Assembly (NCBI RefSeq): GCF_056746865.1
Contig: NZ_CM163382.1
Direction: 5' to 3' (one strand)
Length of the DNA: 64,000 nt
Both the position numbers and the translations under genes were made by a program. Below the pieces are notes generated by a model. That model was not told the origin of the DNA and did not search any database. It was given only the letters and a program-made list of their open reading frames with translations. Of the stretch, positions 19,270 to 27,900 are shown piece by piece; position 1 is the first letter of the stretch, and every line of letters starts with the position of its first letter.

Positions 19270-20464
19270 TGCTATTAATTATATCTGCAATAGAATAAAA
19301 AATAGTGACGGATTTAGTTACTGTTATGAAAAACTATTGATATCTATTTCAAAGAATCTATTCAATCCAACTAGCAGCAACCCCATTACTCAGCGTGAAT
19401 ATCAACAATTGCTAAAATTCAGCGATTTTTTATCTAATTCCGAAAAAGAAGAAGATCGAAACCTAGCGTTAAAAATAATATCTGCAATATATGATCTTTA
19501 TAAAGAAGATCATAGTTGCCAATTACTGACAAAATCCATCCTTAGCAAACTTGGACTTTTTGCCGCTGAGGAAGTATTTACTGATAGTGATATAAAACTA
19601 CCATTATCCTATGAAATTTCTAGCAAATACAGAAAAATAAAAAATCGTATAAATGGTTCTGAGTACATATTCACTAATCGACAATGTGATGTGTACAGTG
19701 AGATCATGCAGAATGATTATTTTAGTTTTTCTGGCCCGACATCCCTCGGCAAATCATTCTTGATTAAACATGCTGCCGTTGATCTTATTGAAAATAATAA
19801 ACTAATTATTTTCATCCTTCCAACAAAAGCTTTATTAGAAGAATATCTAATTGACTTAAAATCTATACTCAATGAAAAAGGCGTGAAAGATATAAATGTA
19901 AGTAAATCCGTATCACAAGTTGACAAAGAAAGTAAAAATATATTGGTGTTTACACAAGAAAGATATAACTCATTTTTATATGAAAAGTCTTATGATAATA
20001 TGGATGTTGACTTTTTATTTATTGATGAAGCTCATAAAGTACTTGACAAAAAGAATAATAGAGCTATAACCCTATATAAAGTAATAAATAACTCCATAGA
20101 AAAATATGGTAAATTAAAAGTCATTTTTTCCTGCCCAGTAATTTCCAATCCTGATGTGTTTTTCAAAACATTTAATATACCGAATAGCAAGAAAACAAGA
20201 AGTTTATGTATTAAAGAATCTCCGGTAAATCAAGATTTGTACTTTGCAAATTATCAAGATAATAATTTTGTCTATTTTGATTCTATTTTAAATAAAAAAA
20301 TTAATTTCAATGTAAATAATGCTTATCAAAATGACTTTGAAATAATCAGAGGATTAGCACAACAATCCAAGTCAAACCTTATCTACGTATCAAGTAAAAC
20401 AGAATGTATAAGGAAATGTAACGAATTTCTAGAGTATTTAATTCGGGAAAAAAAGTATCGATAA
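19262..20464 (+). CDS. SF2 DExH helicase, N-terminal part (RecA1 domain); gene split by a frameshift
   Basis: Walker A FSGPTSLGKSF, motif II FIDEAHKV, motif III-like VIFSCP. It ends 7 nt after an A7 run at 20448-20454. Confidence 0.8.
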   Translation: MNDAINYICNRIKNSDGFSYCYEKLLISISKNLFNPTSSNPITQREYQQLLKFSDFLSNSEKEEDRNLALKIISAIYDLYKEDHSCQLLTKSILSKLGLFAAEEVFTDSDIKLPLSYEISSKYRKIKNRINGSEYIFTNRQCDVYSEIMQNDYFSFSGPTSLGKSFLIKHAAVDLIENNKLIIFILPTKALLEEYLIDLKSILNEKGVKDINVSKSVSQVDKESKNILVFTQERYNSFLYEKSYDNMDVDFLFIDEAHKVLDKKNNRAITLYKVINNSIEKYGKLKVIFSCPVISNPDVFFKTFNIPNSKKTRSLCIKESPVNQDLYFANYQDNNFVYFDSILNKKINFNVNNAYQNDFEIIRGLAQQSKSNLIYVSSKTECIRKCNEFLEYLIREKKYR

Positions 20465-20502
20465 CAACAGACGATGAACTTATTTCCGAGTCAAAAATAA
20501 TC

Positions 20503-21786
20503 ATGGAGTATATTCATAAAGATTTTAACTTAGCTCATGTATTAAAATATGGTATAGCATTTCACCATGGTTCACTACCTCTATTTATAAGAAAAAGAAT
20601 AGAGGACTTATATTCCAAAAAGAAAATAAATTTTATCTTTTGCACATCAACTTTACTTGAAGGGGTAAACTTACCCACAAAGAATGTTTTTATTTATCCA
20701 TTCCCTAAAAAGACTGTTAACGATGAAAAAAAATGCCGATTAGATTTTTGGAATCTGGCGGGGCGAGCTGGAAGATACAGAAGTGAATTGACTGGTAACA
20801 TAGTATGCCTGAATACCGCTGATAATAACTGGAGCAATGCAGATGCTAAAATTAGCCTAGGTAATAATGTTATTATAGAGGATGAAATAAACTCAACATT
20901 ACTACGCCATCAAAAAATATTAAATTATTTTGATGGTAAAGTTAAATCTCCAACTAATGACATTATTCAACTCAGCTCACTTATTCTATCAGAAATATTA
21001 ACTTATTTAGATAAAGGTTATATAGGGCGAATTTTAAATACCTTTAATGAAAAGATTCGGTTTATGCTTATTGATTCAGGAAAAAAACATCTTGATCGTA
21101 ATAGAATTATTGAAATAGATAAAGTGACCTTTTCAGAAAATCATATATTCTCAACATCCATACACGCTAAAGCCCAACTCAATGCTAAAAATAAAGAAAA
21201 ATTATTGCGTTCTTATAGCAGAGAGGATGTTTTCAATTATTTGGAAACAATAAATGAAATATATGGCCTGCGTAACACCCCTGATTCATTAAACCAACTG
21301 TGCATTGTGACTTATTCGTGGCTCATGGGTAATACGCTGAATTTATTAATATCAAACGCTATTAAATATAGCAATTCAGTTAGAGATCCTATTAGCTATA
21401 GATGGGTTAAATTTGATAAAACCAATCCTGATCATATAAACGCAAAAATAATGGAGGCAATACAATGCATTGAATCTGAAGTTACTTTTAAACTTGAAAC
21501 ATGTATTGCTCATTTTTATCAGCTATGTCAATCAATTCACGGCGATGAAAATGCAGGCATTAATCTTTCACCTTATTTAGAATATGGAACATTAGATACT
21601 AACATCATAGAACTTCAAGAGTTTGGTTTCTCTCGTTTAGCCGCAATTGAAATTATAGCAAAGCACAAAGAGTGTGTTACATTCAAAACAAATGAGACAT
21701 CATTGCAAATAAACACTCAGAAATTAAGAGCTAAGATTGAAAAGCACAGTGTAATTGATAGAGAACTATCATGGTTGAATTTATAA
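20503..21786 (+). CDS. SF2 DExH helicase, C-terminal part (RecA2 domain plus C-terminal extension)
   Basis: GIAFHHGSLPLFIRKRIEDLY, FCTSTLLEGVNLPTKNVFI and NLAGRAGRY are Ski2/Hel308-like motifs IV-VI. The frame is open upstream back to 20422 and joins 19262-20464 if the A-run had 8 A. Confidence 0.8.
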   Translation: MEYIHKDFNLAHVLKYGIAFHHGSLPLFIRKRIEDLYSKKKINFIFCTSTLLEGVNLPTKNVFIYPFPKKTVNDEKKCRLDFWNLAGRAGRYRSELTGNIVCLNTADNNWSNADAKISLGNNVIIEDEINSTLLRHQKILNYFDGKVKSPTNDIIQLSSLILSEILTYLDKGYIGRILNTFNEKIRFMLIDSGKKHLDRNRIIEIDKVTFSENHIFSTSIHAKAQLNAKNKEKLLRSYSREDVFNYLETINEIYGLRNTPDSLNQLCIVTYSWLMGNTLNLLISNAIKYSNSVRDPISYRWVKFDKTNPDHINAKIMEAIQCIESEVTFKLETCIAHFYQLCQSIHGDENAGINLSPYLEYGTLDTNIIELQEFGFSRLAAIEIIAKHKECVTFKTNETSLQINTQKLRAKIEKHSVIDRELSWLNL

Positions 21787-21940
21787 TTCAGCCATGATAA
21801 ATAATAATTTGAAAGATAAATAGGTTGTAATGATATAACCTATTTATCTTCTCGTTACATGAATTTCATAAGGATTTTTATACGGGGTATAAAATATCAT
21901 TTTATATTTAACGCGGTATACTGGTAACCTAACCGAATGA

Positions 21941-22420
21941 TTAATCATCATCTAAATTATAATCATGGTAAATAGCCAGTTGCTTGTTGATTGGTAATTT
22001 ATTGATTTTTAAGGCCAACTCGATAGAGGATGCCGATAACATCTTTCTTTCTTCATCTGAAGTTCGTTCAACACCTTCAACTTGGTAGAGCAAAGCATTT
22101 AGCATCTTTTTTATAAATATACCTCGCTGTTCATCAGACAAATGTTCAGCCAAAGTCATTAGTAGACCTAATTCCCTTTTTACTCGTTCGCTATCTTGAG
22201 ATTGACCTGTTTCCTCACCTAGTAACCAAGCCGGACTAACTCCAGTAGCATGAGCGATCTTCTGAAGTTGCTCAATTCCATTCGGAAGCGAATCTCCGGC
22301 AACATATCCACGGATCGTAGAGTACGGGATATCACATTTTTGTGCCAGATCACGCATGGAATCGCCTGTCATAGCGAGAAGTTTCTCTAATCTGGCACTA
22401 AATTCACTCTTAATCATCAT
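21941..22420 (-). CDS. XRE-family helix-turn-helix transcriptional regulator
   Basis: 159 aa. The N-terminus LEKLLAMTGDSMRDLAQKCDIPYSTIRGYVAGDSLPNGIEQLQKIAHATGVSPAWLLGE is a classic Cro/CI-type HTH. Low GC, convergent with the helicase gene. Confidence 0.85.
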   Translation of the reverse strand: MMIKSEFSARLEKLLAMTGDSMRDLAQKCDIPYSTIRGYVAGDSLPNGIEQLQKIAHATGVSPAWLLGEETGQSQDSERVKRELGLLMTLAEHLSDEQRGIFIKKMLNALLYQVEGVERTSDEERKMLSASSIELALKINKLPINKQLAIYHDYNLDDD

Positions 22421-22466
22421 ACTCCGATTTTGTAACCATATGAATGATAAGAAAAACAGATGAACT

Positions 22467-22511
22467 ATCGAAAATTAGATATTTATCACTTTAATTTGTC
22501 TAATTTTCGAT
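22467..22511. promoter_or_regulatory. 13-bp inverted repeat upstream of the XRE gene; candidate operator
   Basis: ATCGAAAATTAGA (22467-22479) and TCTAATTTTCGAT (22499-22511) are exact reverse complements with a 19-bp spacer, about 50-90 bp upstream of the XRE start. Confidence 0.5.
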
Positions 22512-22780
22512 CTAATCTATCTGTACACATTGCAGACAATCACCCTCTGCAAACCCAACTGCTGAGCATCGCATACTCAGGGCAGAATTGCCACGCATCC
22601 GCTCGTCCTGAAAACCGCTCAGTTCACAAAAACACGCCACAAGCGGGGATAACAAAGAAAGCAGTATGAGCCATAGCTGTTTATCGCCATTACCGGAGCC
22701 CCAGACGCTTACGCCTGTCATGTCTTAACCTCTGTCCGATAAGTCTGTGCGCTCCGGGCCTTTTACCCGGAGGACTCCTT

Positions 22781-23302
22781 ATGTGGACAGTCAGCCTCGC
22801 TGAGGCGTTTATTCATGTATTCCAGGTCGCAGGCAAAATCTTCCTCGACATGATGACCGGGCTTATCCCGATGCTCATCTGCCTGCTGCTGGCCATCAAC
22901 TTCCTGATGAAGCTGGTTGGTACCGTGCGGATGGAGAAAGTTGCCGCCCTGCTCGGCCGCTCGCGCATTCTCACCTACGGCGTGCTGCCGGTGCTCGGCT
23001 GGTTCTTTATGAGCAGCCCCGGCGCGCTCACTTTAGGCAAACTCCTGCCCGAAAAGAGCAAGCCCGGCTATGAGGATGCGCTCGGCACCCCCGCCCATCC
23101 CCTCACCAGCCTGTTTCCCCACGTAGTGCCATCAGAGCTGTTTGTCTGGCTCGGCGTGGCTGCCGGGGTTAAGGCGCTCGGCCTGCCCGTCACCTCGCTG
23201 GCGCTGCGCTATATCGCCGCCGCCATGCTGATTGGTTTAATCCGCGGGATTATCACCGAGTACCTGTTCCTGCGGCTCAGCAAGCGGGGGAATGCGCCAT
23301 GA
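22781..23302 (+). CDS. PTS glucitol/sorbitol-family EIIC component (SrlA-like)
   Basis: 173 aa, collinear with my recollection of SrlA (..FLDMMTGLIPMLICLL.., LGKLLPEKSKPGY, LFPHVVPSELFVWLGVAAG). Confidence 0.85.
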   Translation: MWTVSLAEAFIHVFQVAGKIFLDMMTGLIPMLICLLLAINFLMKLVGTVRMEKVAALLGRSRILTYGVLPVLGWFFMSSPGALTLGKLLPEKSKPGYEDALGTPAHPLTSLFPHVVPSELFVWLGVAAGVKALGLPVTSLALRYIAAAMLIGLIRGIITEYLFLRLSKRGNAP

Positions 23303-23364
23303 TGATTTACTGAGCACGTATCGTCGCCATCGGGCTGTTTGTCGCCGATGGTCTCACCGACAAA

Positions 23365-23673
23365 ATGCTTATCACCTTCGACAGCAACGGGCCGAAGGAC
23401 TGTCTCGATTACTCGCTATCGCTGGAGCCGTCGTTCCGGGAAGAGAGCCTGATGATACTCCCCGGCGACCGCCTGCTGCTGGCGGGCCACGATTTTCTGG
23501 TGACTGCCGTCGGCAAAGGGGCACAGCAGGCGCTGTTTGAACTCGGCCACCTGACGCTGGTGTTCAATGGTGACCTGAATCCCTGCCATGTCGGCGCGGT
23601 TCATCTCTCCGGCCCGGTGCCGAACCTGCGCGACCTCCACGGCAATCTGGTGATTGAGGAGGGGCGGCCATGA
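23365..23673 (+). CDS. PTS glucitol-family EIIA component (SrlB-like), N-terminally truncated by an in-frame TGA
   Basis: MLITF...FLVTAVGKGAQQALFELGHLTLVFNG...VHLSGPVP parallels SrlB. The homologous frame actually starts at ATG 23299 (MMIY) but has TGA at 23311-23313. Confidence 0.7.
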   Translation: MLITFDSNGPKDCLDYSLSLEPSFREESLMILPGDRLLLAGHDFLVTAVGKGAQQALFELGHLTLVFNGDLNPCHVGAVHLSGPVPNLRDLHGNLVIEEGRP

Positions 23674-24650
23674 ACACGGTGCTCATTCCCCCCGGTCCCG
23701 GCGGCTATGGTAAGGGGCTTTGGCTACCCACAGGGAGCGGCAAAAAGGTACTGTCGCTGACCGGGCGCGAGATTCATCCGGTGGCGATAGAAATCGGCGC
23801 ACTTACCGAATCGGAAGTGGTGAATGGCTTTGCCGATATCCCGCCGGATAACGACATCCTGTGCGTGGTGATTAACTGTGCCGGGTCCCTGCGCTGCGGC
23901 CTGTATCCGCAGAAGGGTATCCCGACCATCAACGTGCTGCCTACCTGGCGGGCCGGACCGCTGGCGCACTTTATTAGCGAAGAGAACTACGTCTCCGGTG
24001 TGACGATAGAGCAACTGGTTCTGGTGGATACCGCCGAAGCGCCGGACTGTCAGCCTGAGTCAGTTCCAGCTCCGGAGCCAGTCATTACCACCGCTCCTCC
24101 ACCTCCGCGCGGTGCGGAGAAACTGGTGCGCATGGTCGAGCAGACCGGCACCGCCGTCGGCCACGTTATCGCCCTGCTGTTCGCCGCCAGCCGTGAGGCG
24201 GTGGACGTGTCGCTGCGCAACGTTATCCCGTTTATGGCCTTTGTCTCGCTGCTGATTGCCCTGGTGCAGGAGACCGCGCTCGGCAGCCTGATTGCCCACG
24301 CCCTGACGCCGCTGGCGAACTCACTGTGGGGACTGGTGCTGCTGTCGCTCATCCGCGGCATTCCGTTTCTCTCCCCGGTGCTAGGGCCGGGTGCGGCTAT
24401 CTCGCAGGTGATTGGCGTGATGATTGGCACACAGATTGGCGCAGGGGCGATATCTCCGGCCTTCGCCCTGCCCGCCCTGTTTGCGATCAATGTGCAGGTC
24501 GGCTGCGACTTCGTGCCTGTTGGCCTTTCGATGCAGGAGGCAAAGCCGGAGACCATCGCAAAAGGTGTACCCGCCTTTCTGCTGTCGAGACAACTGACCG
24601 GACCGCTTGCGGTAATAGTCGGCTGGCTGTTTTCCCTGGGCTTATTCTGA
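23670..24650 (+). CDS. PTS glucitol-family EIIBC component (SrlE-like)
   Basis: 326 aa with VVINCAGSLRCGLYPQKGIPTINV, ILPFMAFVSLLIAL and ALPALFAINVQVGCDFVPVGLSMQEA, matching the SrlE pattern. Confidence 0.88.
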   Translation: MNTVLIPPGPGGYGKGLWLPTGSGKKVLSLTGREIHPVAIEIGALTESEVVNGFADIPPDNDILCVVINCAGSLRCGLYPQKGIPTINVLPTWRAGPLAHFISEENYVSGVTIEQLVLVDTAEAPDCQPESVPAPEPVITTAPPPPRGAEKLVRMVEQTGTAVGHVIALLFAASREAVDVSLRNVIPFMAFVSLLIALVQETALGSLIAHALTPLANSLWGLVLLSLIRGIPFLSPVLGPGAAISQVIGVMIGTQIGAGAISPAFALPALFAINVQVGCDFVPVGLSMQEAKPETIAKGVPAFLLSRQLTGPLAVIVGWLFSLGLF

Positions 24651-24660
24651 GGACATAACG

Positions 24661-25674
24661 ATGAACAAAATCAGAGCCGCCGTGGTCGGCGCAGGTATCT
24701 ACGGCAAACACCATATGAATGCGTACCTCCATAACCCGGACACCGTGCTGGTCGCCATCTGCGACACCGATACAGAACGCTGCGACGACCTCGCCATGAC
24801 CTGTGGCGTGATGGGTTATACCCGGCTGGATGTCCTGTTACAGGAGGAAGCCATCGACGTGGTCTCGGTGGCGACACCTGACCCGTACCACACTGAATCC
24901 ATCCTCACCGCCCTGCGCCACGGCAAACATGTGCTGGCGGAGAAACCGCTCGCCACCTCAGTACGCGAGTGCGAGCTTATCGTGGAGATGGCGCAACAGC
25001 GCGGCCTGCTGGTCGGCGTCGATTTCCACAAACGCTGGGACCCGGCGGTGATGCGCATCAAAGCCGAACTGGAGAAACCGGAGACCGGGCGGATCCTGCG
25101 CGGCCATATCAGTATGGACGACGTGATTACCGTGCCGACGGACTGGCTGGACTGGGCGGGCGCAAGCTCCCCTGTGTGGTTTCTCGGCTCACACTGCTTT
25201 GACCTGGTGCGCCACCTTTCCGGTCAGGAAGTGGTGTCGGTGTATGCCGCCGGGCAGAAACGGCTGATGACCGAATGCGGCCTCGACACCTTCGACAGCG
25301 TGCAGAGCCTTCTGACGATGGCCGACGGCAGTTCGTGGGTGGTGGAAAACTCGTGGGTGCTGCCGGAGGGCTTCCCGAAGGACAACGACGGGCGCATTGA
25401 TATTCTCTGTGAGGCAACGTATATCCGCAGCACCTCGCAGCATCGCGGGCTGGAAATCACCACGCCAGGCATGACGCTCACGCCCAACAGCTACTTCATC
25501 AACTACCGCAACGGTGTCGCCAGCGGTTTCGGTATCGATCCGATAAACGACTTTGTTCGCGCGGTCAGGAACCGTTCGCCGTACCCGGTGACGGCAGAGG
25601 ACGGGCTGGCGGTCAGCCGGATTTGCGAGGCGGTGCACCGCAGTCTGGAGAGCGGGAAACCTGAAGATGTTTAA
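24661..25674 (+). CDS. Gfo/Idh/MocA-family NAD(P)-dependent oxidoreductase
   Basis: 337 aa. N-terminal Rossmann IRAAVVGAGIYGKHH and the EKP motif HVLAEKPLATS. Confidence 0.85.
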   Translation: MNKIRAAVVGAGIYGKHHMNAYLHNPDTVLVAICDTDTERCDDLAMTCGVMGYTRLDVLLQEEAIDVVSVATPDPYHTESILTALRHGKHVLAEKPLATSVRECELIVEMAQQRGLLVGVDFHKRWDPAVMRIKAELEKPETGRILRGHISMDDVITVPTDWLDWAGASSPVWFLGSHCFDLVRHLSGQEVVSVYAAGQKRLMTECGLDTFDSVQSLLTMADGSSWVVENSWVLPEGFPKDNDGRIDILCEATYIRSTSQHRGLEITTPGMTLTPNSYFINYRNGVASGFGIDPINDFVRAVRNRSPYPVTAEDGLAVSRICEAVHRSLESGKPEDV

Positions 25675-26018
25675 ACAAACGGCGCAGGGTAGCTCCCTGT
25701 GCCAGTTCCATATGATTTTGCTAATTCTACTCACTGGTATATTCACTCGTTAGGCTTTGGCCCGCAGATATATTAATGTTTTCCATCCTGCCGCAACAAA
25801 ACCCCACACACGATTGTATGTTTTTTAGTCATCAAGGTGAATAGAGGTATTTTATGGCTATGACCTTTTTCACCTCCCTGCCAATAGTATCATGCTAAAC
25901 CTCTCATCTATGTTTATTGCGCCATAATAGTCAACAAGTATTTCAAAAAAGTCCCAAGCAAATTATAATGCTGGAGTTTCATAATGTCCCTTTAAAAACC
26001 ATTTTAAGAAGAGCTATT

Positions 26019-27170
26019 ATGTCCCTCCCTACAAATTTTAATGATATTCTTCGTCTTTTTGAAAAAGATTACGATACAGCCAAAGAAGATAATGCCTTAA
26101 GTGCACGCGGACAATTTCTGCAACTTTACCCCCTTAATCGCCTAAAAAAAATGACGCTTGATGACTATGTCATCGGCAAAGGCACGGCCTCATTTTGTGC
26201 TTGTGTTGAAGTAAAAACCAGAACATGGGCAAATATGCAAGGTGCGACGGCGCTCAAATTTGGTATTTATTATGGAAAATCAAAATCAGATCCAGCCGTC
26301 CGCTATCGTTTTACTCAGAAATTTGGCGATGATGATAGTACTAATAAAGAAGTTTTCGCTAATGTTAAAGACGCTTTACTAGACCTAATACAGTCAGGGA
26401 AAGAATTAGATTTTAGAGCGATTGACGAGAACCCCCTATCCCAAATGTTTAAGGCTAAAATATTGAGCCTTTACTTTCCAGAACACTTTATAAACATTTG
26501 CAGCAAAGATCATCTTAAAGAAATTGCTATGAAAATGGGTATAAAAGAGCAACAGTTTATTAGTAAATATCAACATTTGTTATTCAAGAAAAAACTAGAG
26601 CATAAAATCACCCGAAACTGGAGCAATCCAAAATATATGTCCTTCCTTTATGCCCAGTTCATACGTAAGGATCTTAGCAGCGCTCCTGCTGTGATAGTTA
26701 AAAAACCACAAAAAAGAAACCATCCCGAAGTCAATTTCGAAGAAATAACGGACAATCGTGATTTAATAGGCAAAAAAAGCGAAGAATATGCATTAAACTG
26801 GGAAAAAAACCGCCTAATCGGTCTCGGCTATTCAAAACTAGCTGAGGAAATAGATGATCGCCGTAATCGTCCAACTTATGGTTACGACTTTCTTTCTTTT
26901 AATGCCCCAGGTGATGAGCGATACATCGAAGTAAAATCAATTGGCCGAGATGGAAAAGAGGGAGCATTCCGTTTTTTCCTCTCAGGAAATGAACTCACCG
27001 TTTCTAATTTAAGTAACCACCGTAAAAACTATTATTTTTATCTTGTACAGTATGGGAAAGATGGAGAGCCATGCAATCTATATGTAAAACATGCTCAAGA
27101 TCTTTACACTAATAGTGAAATGACCCCTTGTGCTTACGTTGTTAGGTTCGATCTGGAAGAACCTGCTTAA
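26019..27170 (+). CDS. fusion protein with a C-terminal DUF3883-type restriction-endonuclease-fold domain
   Basis: The C-terminus EEYALNWEKNRLIGLGY...YGYDFLSFNAPGDERYIEVKSIGRDGKEGAFRFFLSGNELTVS...YYFYLV fits the DUF3883 GYD..S/..IEVK signature. ATG 26019 has only a purine-rich AAGAAGAG stretch upstream and no clear Shine-Dalgarno. The ORF track starts at 25917. Confidence 0.7.
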   Translation: MSLPTNFNDILRLFEKDYDTAKEDNALSARGQFLQLYPLNRLKKMTLDDYVIGKGTASFCACVEVKTRTWANMQGATALKFGIYYGKSKSDPAVRYRFTQKFGDDDSTNKEVFANVKDALLDLIQSGKELDFRAIDENPLSQMFKAKILSLYFPEHFINICSKDHLKEIAMKMGIKEQQFISKYQHLLFKKKLEHKITRNWSNPKYMSFLYAQFIRKDLSSAPAVIVKKPQKRNHPEVNFEEITDNRDLIGKKSEEYALNWEKNRLIGLGYSKLAEEIDDRRNRPTYGYDFLSFNAPGDERYIEVKSIGRDGKEGAFRFFLSGNELTVSNLSNHRKNYYFYLVQYGKDGEPCNLYVKHAQDLYTNSEMTPCAYVVRFDLEEPA

Positions 27171-27241
27171 TAGTTTCGACAACCTCCGACTCATAACTTT
27201 AAAAGTGTGAAATCAGGCGCAGAGTCACCTGAGCCTTCATC

Positions 27242-27877
27242 TCAGTGATACTGCAACAACACCTGCGAAATCTTCCTCGCTTCATCAGCAGGATCCGCTG
27301 CATGCGTGATCGCTGATCCCACAATCACCACATCCGGGCCTAACAGCGCATAGTCTTTCACCGTCTGGCTACTGATGCCGCCTGCTACGGCAATCCGTGC
27401 TTTCCGGCGCGCCTTCAGCATTGTTATCAAATCATCAATCGGCTTGCGCCCTGCCGCCTGCTGGTCGGTGCCTGTGTGTACCGCCAGCATATCCGCGCCC
27501 GCCTCTTCCAGGAGGCGGACCCGCGCAGGGAGATCGTCGACGCAGATCATATCCACCACCACCTGCTTTCCAGCCTCCTTCGCCGCACAGATGCATGACT
27601 GGATCGTCAGCAGGTCGGTCACACCTAACACCGTGACATAGTCTGCTCCGGCGTCGAAAAGCAGCTGCGATTCAAAATGGCCGCCATCCATAATTTTCGC
27701 ATCCACCAGTACTTCCTTATGCGGGTATTTCTCTTTAATGACTTTAATCGCGTTCACGCCTTCCCGAATAAGAAAAGGTGTACCCACTTCAATAATATCA
27801 ACGTCGTCAACCACCTTATCGATAAATACCAGCGCTTCAGGCAGGGTTAACTCGTCCAGGGCAAGCTGTAATTTCAT
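27242..27877 (-). CDS. 3-hexulose-6-phosphate synthase / 3-keto-L-gulonate-6-P decarboxylase family (OMP decarboxylase fold)
   Basis: 211 aa starting MKLQLALDELTLPEALVFIDKV..DIIEVGTPFL, with VDAKIMDGG and AVAGGIS, the typical HPS/UlaD/SgbH pattern. Confidence 0.85.
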   Translation of the reverse strand: MKLQLALDELTLPEALVFIDKVVDDVDIIEVGTPFLIREGVNAIKVIKEKYPHKEVLVDAKIMDGGHFESQLLFDAGADYVTVLGVTDLLTIQSCICAAKEAGKQVVVDMICVDDLPARVRLLEEAGADMLAVHTGTDQQAAGRKPIDDLITMLKARRKARIAVAGGISSQTVKDYALLGPDVVIVGSAITHAADPADEARKISQVLLQYH

Positions 27878-27900
27878 GTTGGTTTCCTTGTGTCGAATGA

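Noticed and set aside
22460-22721. Two 69-aa ORFs on opposite strands between the XRE gene and the PTS operon
   Set aside because: They overlap each other at a GC-content junction, have no Shine-Dalgarno or motifs, and are more likely part of a promoter/junction region.
24050-25746. Antisense and out-of-frame ORFs across the SrlE-like and oxidoreductase genes (24050-24556, 25189-25746 and others)
   Set aside because: Same reasoning: they are GC-rich shadow ORFs inside well-supported genes.
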